21,499 bases of DNA from Ginkgo biloba. Lineage: Eukaryota > Plantae > Ginkgophyta. This document shows, piece by piece, positions 1-9,140 of the stretch. The number at the start of each line of letters is the position of its first letter. Position 1 is the first letter of the stretch. Below the pieces are notes generated by a model, which saw only the letters and a list, made by a program, of their open reading frames with translations, searched no databases and was not told the origin of the DNA. The position numbers and the translations under genes are program-made. The DNA lies in contig JANKJI020000002.1 of NCBI GenBank assembly GCA_024626585.2, positions 102,556,054 through 102,577,552 of the forward strand, read 5' to 3'.

Positions 1-170
1 GATAGAATTTGAGGATGTTTTAAAATCACCTAATGGGTTACCACTTAAGAGATCTATTTAACATGGGTTTGATTTAGATCCAGGTATTTTATTACCTAAT
101 TTATTATTGTATTAAATATTGTTGCCATTGCCTAGAATATGACTCATGGTTGTCTCCTGCATGTTTTCAG

Positions 171-276
171 GCTGATATCTGTCAGCTAGGGATGGATCAA
201 CGTAAAGTAAATATGCTTGCAAGAGAGTATTGTGATGATATAAAGAGAAAGAATAAGCCAATTATATTATCTCATC
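171..276 (+). CDS. TyrRS: TyrRS coding exon (ADICQLGMDQRK...IILSH)
   Basis: Acceptor ttttcag at 164-170; donor GTATCC at 277; 106 nt. Confidence 0.95.
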
Positions 277-1484
277 GTATCCTATTTTGTTATCCAAGCT
301 ACTTATAGTTTCTATTTTTCTAGCTCCAGATGGCAGAATTTAATTGTGCTTTTTCCTTCATTTGAATAATTATAGACATGTTGTCTGGCTTGCAACAAGG
401 ACAAGAAAAGATGTCAAAGAGTGATCCTACCTCTTCTATTTTTATGGAGGATGAAGAGGTGTGGTAAAGTTTGTACTTTTTCTTCTGGAAATGATTGAAC
501 AGTCACCAGGTGTAAAGAATAGATTCTAGGTTCAGAAATTACCTTTTTAAGATATAATGACAAGAAATTGAGTTGATATAATTTGCAATGCAGCAGAAGA
601 CCTGCTGGATCATTGAAGTTCGACAATATTAAATGCACATGACAATTTTCTGATGGTTTGTAAAACATGATTGTTTTGACAGGCAGAAGTGAATTTGAAG
701 ATAAAGAAAGCATATTGTCCTCCACAAATTGTTGAAGGAAATCCATGCTTAGAGTACATTCAATATATTCTTCTTCCATGGTTTGGAAAGTTTGAGGTAG
801 ATCGCAGTGAAAAAAATGGCGGGAACAAGTAAGTTTTACTCGTCACCCTCATTTTTACAGTTTTGTAGGATTGCTTTTATTTTCTGGCTTATCTTGTTTC
901 ATGGTGATTATCTGAATTTAATCATTTTCTTGGTCTGCCATCAATTATTAAATTAATAAATATTAAACACCTATTCTACAGCATGTGCCCGATTTTACTA
1001 AATTCCTCTACAAAAGAAAACACCCCAACAACAATTACTCTTTTATGTTGGTTTATCAGAATCTACACTAGTATGGAAGAGTTGGTTAAGGACTATGAAG
1101 CAGAAGTGTTGCATCCAGGCGATGTCAAACCTGCTCTCTCAAAAGCTTTGAACAAAATATTGCAGGTAGCTTCCTGGAGTTTATAAGCTCTTTAGGTGAG
1201 GTTATTGTAGTGATATTATGGCTGATTATATTCTACTGCTTGCAGCCTGTGCGTGACCATTTCAAAAATAACGTTGAAGCTAAAGAATTGCTCAGGACTG
1301 TTAAGGTGAGGTCTGAGGCACCGAGAAGTTAAAAAATTAGTGCTTTATTATTGATGTGTAGTTTATTGATTCTTAGCATGTACAATGATGAGCTATCTTA
1401 TTCGAAGGTTCTATAGTTGAGGTTTGTGCGTGATTTGGCTGCTTCTTTCTGTCATGTTTGCAGGCATACAGAGTAACGAGGTGA
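171..1484 (+). CDS. TyrRS: Cytosolic tyrosyl-tRNA synthetase, 3' part (5' exons upstream of window); join(171..276,376..458,683..828,1060..1165,1246..1305,1464..1484)
   Basis: Manual splicing at GT-AG sites with matching phases (1,0,2,0,0) gives ADICQLGMDQRKVNMLAREYCDDIKRKNKPIILSHHMLSGLQQGQEKMSKSDPTSSIFMEDEEAEVNLKIKKAYCPPQIVEGNPCLEYIQYILLPWFGKFEVDRSEKNGGNKIYTSMEELVKDYEAEVLHPGDVKPALSKALNKILQPVRDHFKNNVEAKELLRTVKAYRVTR*. It contains GxDQ, class I KMSKS, KIKKAYCPP and LHPGDxK motifs of eukaryotic/archaeal-type TyrRS. Confidence 0.97.
277..375 (+). other. Probable U12-type (minor spliceosome) GT-AG intron
   Basis: 5' site GTATCCTA versus U12 consensus RTATCCTT; branch-like TTTTCCTTCAT at 351-361, 15 nt before the 3' AG; no polypyrimidine tract in between; phase 1. 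Confidence 0.75.
376..458 (+). CDS. TyrRS: TyrRS coding exon containing KMSKS motif
   Basis: (H)MLSGLQQGQEKMSKSDPTSSIFMEDEE; boundaries tatag| and |gtgtgg. Confidence 0.95.
683..828 (+). CDS. TyrRS: TyrRS coding exon (AEVNLKIKKAYCPP...NGGNK)
   Basis: Boundaries ttttgacag| and |gtaagt; open frame, 146 nt. Confidence 0.95.
1060..1165 (+). CDS. TyrRS: TyrRS coding exon (IYTSMEEL...LHPGDVKP...KILQ)
   Basis: Boundaries tttatcag| and |gtagct; lies inside ORF 983..1186. Confidence 0.95.
1246..1305 (+). CDS. TyrRS: TyrRS coding exon (PVRDHFKNNVEAKELLRTVK)
   Basis: Boundaries ttgcag| and |gtgagg; 60 nt. Confidence 0.93.
1464..1484 (+). CDS. TyrRS: TyrRS terminal coding exon (AYRVTR*)
   Basis: tttgcag|GCA TAC AGA GTA ACG AGG TGA; matches the KAYRVTR-type C-terminus I recall for plant cytosolic TyrRS. 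Confidence 0.9.
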   Translation, partial: AYRVTR

Positions 1485-2559
1485 CAGGACTTTTGCATTG
1501 CAAAATATGCTGCTGCTATCCCCAAAACTCCTTTTAATGTTGCTATTGTTCTTTCAAGTTTGCTACAAGTCATGGAACAACTGACTACTTTTATTAATGG
1601 TGACATCATTTTTAATGGTTGTGTTTTAGTCCATTGTGTTTTGTTCTTTTGTGGTCCATCATCTTGGTAGTCTGCAGCTGTAAGATCATTGCAGAGTATA
1701 GTGCAATGCATATTTCAAAATTATTAAGGTTTGATACTAGTGTGGCATGTCAAAGACTTTTTGGAAATTTGATTGTAAAAATTCCCTACCAACTGCTAAA
1801 AACTTACTGCAGCAAAGCTTTTTTTATGCACTCCATCTGGAGAATAAGTGTCTAAGAGTATGGGATTTATAAATTATTGAGAAGAAGCAATATCTTTGAA
1901 GGATTCTTTATTGGGCTAGTATTGTTCATTTAGACAACTAATTAAAAATGTGTGAACCAGTTAAAATTGCATGTCGATGTATTTTTAACCTGAAATTTCT
2001 ATGGTAATTGGACATGCGTTTTATTTACCTGTTTCTGATATTTCACTTGGCATTTTTTGAAACAGACATATATTTTAAAGTTTGAAGTGCTTGCACACCT
2101 AAGGCATGACTTAATCCAGAAATAAACGAAGATTTGGAGGTGAGAATAAATTAATNNNNNNNNNNNNNNNNNNNNNNNNNNNNNNNNNNNNNNNNNNNNN
2201 NNNNNNNNNNNNNNNNNNNNNNNNNNNNNNNNNNNNNNNNNNNNNNNNNNNNNNNCCTTCTACACCATTTTGAATTCTCGAAGTTATGTTGTGTTGAAAA
2301 GCAACTAGTATGGACATCCACATGCAAGAATAGAGGTTCAATAGTGTACTTTAGCAATGATTTTAGCTTGACTGATCTTTCAAGCTAAACCCTTTTAGAG
2401 TTGAGTTATTCTCCAAAGTTGTTGCTTGTAGAGAGAAAAGAATTTATTCATTCTATAAATTCATAACCAATGCTCCAAAAATGGACAGTTTAGAGACAAC
2501 TTAATTAACAAACAAGTGTCAAACTTTCTATTTTCTTATAGTAATTGGCAATGTTAACT

Positions 2560-4923
2560 AAATTTACACCAAATACATTGGATGAGAATGGTAAAAGAAG
2601 CATATCAATTGGCATTGAAGGTTGAGGAGAAATTGTCTAGAAGCATGAAAAAAGACCAATTGCAAGGAGAGAAAAATCCTCAGTCCATAAGTGGAGAGGA
2701 AACACCAAGACATGGAGCGGAGAAGATAGCTCCATGAGTGAGAGACCAATAAGGCAAGGGCTTGACGTACCATTAAGACTGAGAGAAGTCATTGCTCAAT
2801 GAACAAAAGTTCGTGGAAAATATGTTCATCAAAGAGTAAGAGGAATTGGAAGAGCATTCAACGCCCCAAGAAGGTCGACAATATGTTTCAGGTGTGGCAG
2901 AGAAGGCCACCGAGCAATCGAGTGTCTATCATGGAACGACAACAAACAAAGATGGGAGGAGCCAAGAATGAATTTGGCCCAAGAAGAAGGGAATACATAG
3001 CATGCAACAGGGGAGAACTCAGAGAATGTTATTGGCCACTGGAGTCGACAACTGAAAGGTCACCAAAGGATAGGATTCGTAATTTCTCGAGATGATATGA
3101 AGATGGATTTGGCAAAGATAAGGTCAATATTGGAACGGTCAACATCCATGAATGTCAAGGAGGTGAGAATTTTTTACAAGTTGGCCAATTTTTACCAAAA
3201 AATCATAAGAAGTTTCAATGTTATTGTAGCCCCTATGACATATTGCATCAAGAGGAAATCTTTCCAGTGGACGAACGCAACACAATATAGCTTTGAGTTA
3301 TTGAAGAGGAAGATAACGGAGGTGCCAATGTTAGTGATGCCAAATTTTGACAAAGTGTTTGAGGTAGAGTGTGATGCATCATGAGTTGCCATTGTAGCAA
3401 TGTTGAGCCAATAGGGAAAGCTTGTATTGTATTTCAGTGAGAAACGAAATGAGGTAAGAAAAAAGTACTATGTTTATGACTTAAAATTGTATGCCATGGT
3501 GCAATCTTTGGAGTTTCAGAGGAACTACTTGCTATGCAAGGAGTTTGTATTGTACACTGACCATCAGGAATTGAAGTCTTTGAATTCTCAAAATAAGTTG
3601 AGTGTTAGGCATAAGAAGTGGGTTGAGTTTTTTTAGTCTTATTCATTTGTTTTGAAGCGTAAGTCAGGTAAATCCAATCAAGTGGCAGATGCCTTAAGTA
3701 GGAGAACAAAACTTGTATCCATGATGACCATTGAGGTCGCAAGATTTGAAGCCATTAAAGGAATGTACAAGGCGAATGAGTACTTTGGTCAGGTGATGGA
3801 GTATCTTAAGAATCTGGTGTCGATTAACGGACATTTGTATGAGAACTATTTCTTACAAGATGGGTACTTGTTCAAAGGAAGACAACTATGTATACCGGAC
3901 AACTCCATGAAAGAGAATATTATTCAAGAATTGCATAGTGGTGGATTAGGAGGTCACTTCGGTAGAGACAAAACCTTGGCACTAGTTAAGTAGCGATACT
4001 ATTGGCCAAGAATGAGGAGGCAGGTGAACAAGTTTGTGGAAAGTGTAGGATTTGTCAATTGTCCAAATGATAGTCACAAAACATCGGGTTATATAATCCA
4101 TTACCAATTTTGGAAGGACCATGGACGAATATCACAATGGATTTCGTCCTGGGATTATCGAACATGTAGCGAGGTAATAATTCCATCTTCATGGTTTTGG
4201 ACTAATTCTCAAAGATGGGTCGTTTTATCCCATGTAAGAAGACCAATGATACAAGTAGGACAGTTGAATTAGTCTTCAAGAAGGTTGTGAGATTGCATGG
4301 ACTACCCAAGTCCATAACCTCAAACTACGACAGCAAGTTCTTGAGCCATTTTTAGTAGACACTACGGAAGAAGTTGGACACCAAGTTGCAATACAGTAGC
4401 GCATACCACCCACAAACCACTGGACAGATAAAAGTGGTAAATCAATCGTTGGGTAATTTGTTGCAAATCTTGGTTAGGATTAGACCCAAGAAGTGGGATT
4501 TAGCATTGGCATAGTCAGAGTTTGCATATAATATCTCTGTAAATAGTTTGACAGGTTGTTGCCATTTCAAATTGTGTATGGGAGATCACCAAAGATGATA
4601 GTGGACTTCGTGGAGATTGCAAACGAATGATGATTCAAGGAATTGGTGGAGCACATAAAGCAAGTCCATGAAGAGGTGAAGAGCAATGATGAATACAAAG
4701 CTATAGTAGATCAGTGACATCAACATAAAGAATTTGAAGTCGAAGATTTGATCATGGTGTATCAAAGGAATGATAGATTTCTAATAGGGACGTACAACAA
4801 GTTGAAGTACAAGAAGATCAAGTTGTGTCAGGTTACCAAGAAGATAAATGACAATGCCTATGAGGTTGACCTATTGATAGAGTATGACATTTCACCAGTA
4901 CTCAATGTGGCAGACTTGTACAG
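2560..4923 (+). mobile_element. Degenerate Ty3/gypsy chromovirus (CRM-like), element A: gag C-terminus, RT thumb, RNase H, integrase; protease and RT core missing
   Basis: VKEAYQLALKVEEKL (~2591); CCHC knuckle CFRCGREGHRAIEC (2884-2925); IGFVIS..MKMDLAK; FEVECDAS; LYTDHQ; NQVADALSRR; HSGGLGGHFGRDKT; PWTNITMDFVLGL; SAYHPQT; KINDNAYEVDL..ISPVLNVADLY. Multiple stops and frameshifts. Confidence 0.93.
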
Positions 4924-5036
4924 TGTTACACATCTGCGACCTCCTTGATTGAGTAATTAGTGCAACTATCATCTCTTGACTAAAAGATAGTAGCGACACT
5001 TAGCAAACATGCAATTTAGGTTTATTATTATATAAG
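4924..5036 (+). repeat. 5' LTR of element B (visible part, cut by gap)
   Basis: Starts TGTTACA; aligns without gaps to 7067-7179 at 90/113 identities by manual count. Confidence 0.85.
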
Positions 5037-7053
5037 NNNNNNNNNNNNNNNNNNNNNNNNNNNNNNNNNNNNNNNNNNNNNNNNNNNNNNNNNNNNNNNN
5101 NNNNNNNNNNNNNNNNNNNNNNNNNNNNNNNNNNNNTCTTTGATTTATCTTGGATTCTTGATTGATGGTGATAGATCTTAGATTATAAATCTTCTTAAAT
5201 GCATAGAATAGTATATCAGATTCTTTATAGGTGGATTTGATAGCTTCATAGGAAAAGTATGAATCAATCTTAGGCTTCGTGCAAAGGTGCACAGTGTTCA
5301 AATCAAAAAATTATTTTTTTGGTTAAATTCATTGAGTTGCAGGTCGCATTGTGTAAGTGTGTCGTATTTATATGGTACCATGTAAACACATACCCCAAGA
5401 GCACACATAAATAGGATATTGCACGTATAACCATGTAAAAATATGGTATAGAAGAAATCTTACAGATATCAAGTCGTACAAATCGCACAAAGTGACCAAA
5501 TAGATTTTTTTCAGAATACAAAGAATATAGAGGTTTGAGAGAGACAATTACCCCCTTGGATTTTTGAACCATACTTCAGCATACTTATGAAAATACTCCA
5601 ACTACCAAACGGGTATATCACCAATCCTCCTGGCTCGATGAATTAGTTCTTGCCAACCAAGCCCATAAAGACCTCATTCAATGGACCAACAAAGTTGGTC
5701 ATCACCCTAATTGGTCCTTGTAAAACACCTGCCTTCTCTATAAATTATGACTCTCTATACATCTACATTCTTCCTTCATCACTACCATTCTTATTGAATA
5801 CCATGCCTCCCCACTCATAGGCCATTCAATATTTGACAAAAAATACTAGCATATTCATGTTGACTTCTATTAGCCCTAAATAAAATCCATCATTTCCCTC
5901 TTCATTGATAAATGCAACACATACCAATTCCAAAAGGTTAAAAACATAGCCCAACCTATCCTACTCCAACCCCTACAAGTCCATCAAGGAAAGTGGAAGT
6001 ATATTACCATGGAATTTATCACTATCCTTCCTCTCTTTGCCAACTTTGACTCCATCTTGGTCATAATCGACTACTTAACCAAATATGCCCACTTCCTCAC
6101 TATACAAACTTCCTACACAAATCCCCGCCTAGTAGAAATTTATATATAATTTATTTTTCAATTGCATGGGTTCCCCTCATCCATAGTGTATCATCGAGAC
6201 CCTAAGTTTACTAGTTCATTTTGGCAAGAAATATTTTGTTCATTTGGCACCACCTTCAACATGAGTTTGGCCTACCACCCCCAAATTAATGGACAATATG
6301 AGGTATTAAATAAAACCCTTGAGACCTATCTATATGATTTTTCCTCTGAGAAACAATAAAAGTGGACCTCCTAGCTAGCCCTAATTGAGTATTGGTATAA
6401 TTCCTCATACCACTTTTCCATTAAAATGTCTCCATTTAAAACCTTAGATGGTTATCCTCTCCCTTCTCACCACACCCTTGTTACCAACCTCTGTATTGAA
6501 GCCATTAAAGACAAGCTTCAATATTTTGACCATGTCCTCACTACCCTTAAGAATAACTCATCTTATTCCTATAATCACATAAAATAATTTATGCACCATC
6601 ATCAGTATGACTGATCATTTGACATAGGTGACATGGCCTTTCTCTACATACAACCATATAAACAATATTATTTGTGCTACCATAGTAACCAAAAGTTGAA
6701 CCCTCATTTCCACGACCCCTAACACATCACTCAATGTATTGGGAAGGTCACTTATTCCCTTGACCTTCCTCTTGATACCAAGATATATAATGTATTCCAT
6801 GTCTCCTACCTTAAAAAAAAACTTAAACAATCCTCCTCCTCACATAATACCTTTTTAATCCTTAATAAAGAATAAATTTTAACCATTCCCCTAGATTGCA
6901 TCATCTCCATCTACCATCAATTCCTTTAGAGATGTATTTTTATAGAGAATTTAGTACAATGGTTTTGATGTGAACATGAAGAGGCAACTTGGGAATATGA
7001 CGATTGTGTCTATGGTCACCTACATCTCATCTGATTTTAGAACTCAACATTAT

Positions 7054-7064
7054 AAAGAGGAGGA
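7054..7064 (+). other. Polypurine tract of element B
   Basis: AAAGAGGAGGA ending 2 nt before the 3' LTR start. Confidence 0.75.
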
Positions 7065-7066
7065 TC

Positions 7067-7345
7067 TATTACACATTTACCAAATCCTTAACTGAGCAAT
7101 TAGTACAACCATCATATCTTAATTGAGAGAGAGTAGTGACACTTAGAAGACATGTAGTTTAGGTTTATTATTGTATAAGGAAGCTCTAGAGAACTTCGGT
7201 GTTATCTTTTGATCTTATTGTATTCTTCTTATCAAGCACACTGCAGTGTTGCTCTATCAATTTTCTTCTGTAATCAATTGTTTACTATCAATAAGAGTTT
7301 GGTATGATCATCTTTTAGCATATTTTATGCATTCTTGTCTTTGCA
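7067..7345 (+). repeat. 3' LTR of element B
   Basis: TATTACA (decayed TGTTACA) follows the PPT; homologous to 4924-5036; TATA-like tgtataagg at ~7172. The end (CA at 7344-7345, or ~7370) is uncertain. Confidence 0.75.
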
Positions 7346-7610
7346 AGTAGGAGTCAGATTGCTCCAAGCAAGTACCAAGCAGAAGAGGAACTAGAAGAGA
7401 AGGTGATTAAGTGGCAATAGCAAGTACCGAGGAAAAAGAAGGAAGAGGTAGAAGCAATGTTAGACCGCAAGGTGGTAGAGACAAGAAGAGGTAACTAAAA
7501 CAGGTATCTAGTGAAGTGGAAAGGATTACCCCAAGAGAACAGCACATGGATAGCCTAGGAGGATATCAAAAAGTTGGATGAAGGAAAATGGAAGAAGTTC
7601 GAGAAGCATC
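7346..7610 (+). mobile_element. Resumption of element A: integrase C-terminal chromodomain
   Basis: EEVEAMLDRKVVETRRGN*NRYLVKWKGLPQENSTWIA*EDIKKL, i.e. a YLVKWKG..xxTW chromodomain motif, with the same G/A-rich composition as element A. Confidence 0.85.
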
Positions 7611-7815
7611 CTAAGAAAAATAAAAACTCTTAACATACGATGAATGCACCTGAAATATGATAGCCCATCTTAATATGGATGATCATATGGATAACAAATT
7701 AAGGATAAAACTTTANNNNNNNNNNNNNNNNNNNNNNNNNNNNNNNNNNNNNNNNNNNNNNNNNNNNNNNNNNNNNNNNNNNNNNNNNNNNNNNNNNNNN
7801 NNNNNNNNNNNNNNN

Positions 7816-8837
7816 AAGGTTTAAAGGAGGTTGGAGTTTCAAGCTTTCGGGATTCTAGAGGTCCAAGCTTTTGTCGCTAGTTGTTTCTTTTCATAAAATG
7901 CTCCACAATTCTATGGACCCGAAATGGGAATTAAATAGAGTTAATCGACTCATGACTTTCGGGGGTTTCAATGTTTGGGAAAATTAGGAGGATAGAGTGA
8001 AGGTGCCCTCGTCAAAAGGTCAGAATCTTGCAGACNNNNNNNNNNNNNNNNNNNNNNNNNNNNNNNNNNNATCGCACTAAGGGGTGCAAAGAGATGTATT
8101 CAGGTTTTTGGCGTTCGGAAAAATCTGAAGTGTGAGTTGAAGTCTGCCCAAGGAAAACCCCAATGGGAAAAGACCCGATGGAGTAAGTGGTCCCACTTCA
8201 CTGACATGGCGCAGACCCAAAATATAAATAGATATCAATAATTCAAAGCTCAGAGTTTGGAGTTCGGAGTTCGAAGCTCGAAAGATGGCAAAGATGTGGA
8301 GAGCCTCATAAGGTGCCACAAACACGAACAAAAGCTTCCATCGCCGAAAGCAAGAAGGAGACACAACAAAGGAATTAATTTTAAATGTATGTCTTAAAGT
8401 CGATAGGCGACCCTACCATGGGGAAATAAATCCATTCATTGCCAAGCATGCTTGGCCAGAGGGCAGAGTGAATACAAACGCCTTTTTAGGCTTGGTTGAC
8501 GATGGCAGAGGAAGAGATAAAAAGAGAGCAGTGGTGAGCCAAAGTAAGCAAGGAGGGGGAAAAGAGAAGAGAAGGAAAGAAAAGTGAAGACAATGGAGTA
8601 ATAAGGATTGAAATAGAGAAGTCAGGAGGACAAGGCGAAGAAGTAAATGAAAACATCGATAATGAGGCAGCATAGCCGAACGAGAGACTAACAAACGACA
8701 GAACCGTCGATTGTGGCAGTCAAAGTGCAAGCTTATTGAATTCCTCCAAGGAGATTTCAAATGATGCATCAAAATTGTAACCCTGTGGGGGAGTGAATGT
8801 ATTTCAATTCGTAAAGCCATGTAATAAGCAAAGCCCT
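7816..8837. mobile_element. Probable LTR or non-coding part of a younger retroelement
   Basis: CpG-richer than flanks, TATA-like aatataaatag at ~8221, long purine-rich tract at 8500-8650, bounded by gaps; no protein motifs. Confidence 0.3.
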
Positions 8838-9095
8838 NNNNNNNNNNNNNNNNNNNNNNNNNNNNNNNNNNNNNNNNNNNNNNNNNNNNNNNNNNNNNNN
8901 NNNNNNNNNNNNNNNNNNNNNNNNNNNNNNNNNNNNNNNNNNNNNNNNNNNNNNNNNNNNNNNNNNNNNNNNNNNNNNNNNNNNNNNNNNNNNNNNNNNN
9001 NNNNNNNNNNNNNNNNNNNNNNNNNNNNNNNNNNNNNNNNNNNNNNNNNNNNNNNNNNNNNNNNNNNNNNNNNNNNNNNNNNNNNNNNNNNNNNN

Positions 9096-9140
9096 TTAGC
9101 TTGATGACCTAGTTCTTGCCAACCAAGCACATAAAGACTT
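9096..9140 (+). repeat. Short fragment of another copy of the element-B family
   Basis: gcttgatgacctagttcttgccaaccaagcacataaagac (9099-9138) versus gctcgatgaattagttcttgccaaccaagcccataaagac (5633-5672): 36/40 identical. Confidence 0.75.

Larger units (their letters stand above)
4924..7345 (+). mobile_element. Second gypsy chromovirus (Reina-like), element B, nested in element A
   Basis: LTR pair starting at 4924 and 7067. Integrase LLQPL..W..ITMEFIT.LP..FDSILVIIDYLTKYAHF (~5960-6095), LHGFPSSIV..AYHPQINGQ, EYWYNSSYH..KMSPF, IYNVFHVSYLKK, and chromodomain remnant LVQW...EEATWE (~6950-6995). A 100-N gap hides the 5' interior, and 5136-5620 could not be assigned. The 3' end is approximate. Confidence 0.8.

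Noticed and set aside
414-779. 121-aa minus-strand ORF
   Set aside because: Antisense shadow over TyrRS exons and intron; no recognisable motifs.
1373-1855. ORFs 1373..1711 (-) and 1619..1855 (+)
   Set aside because: Overlap the TyrRS last intron and 3'UTR; no protein-like features.
8413-8820. 135-aa Leu/Phe-rich minus ORF
   Set aside because: By-product of a low-complexity purine/pyrimidine tract in probable TE non-coding DNA.
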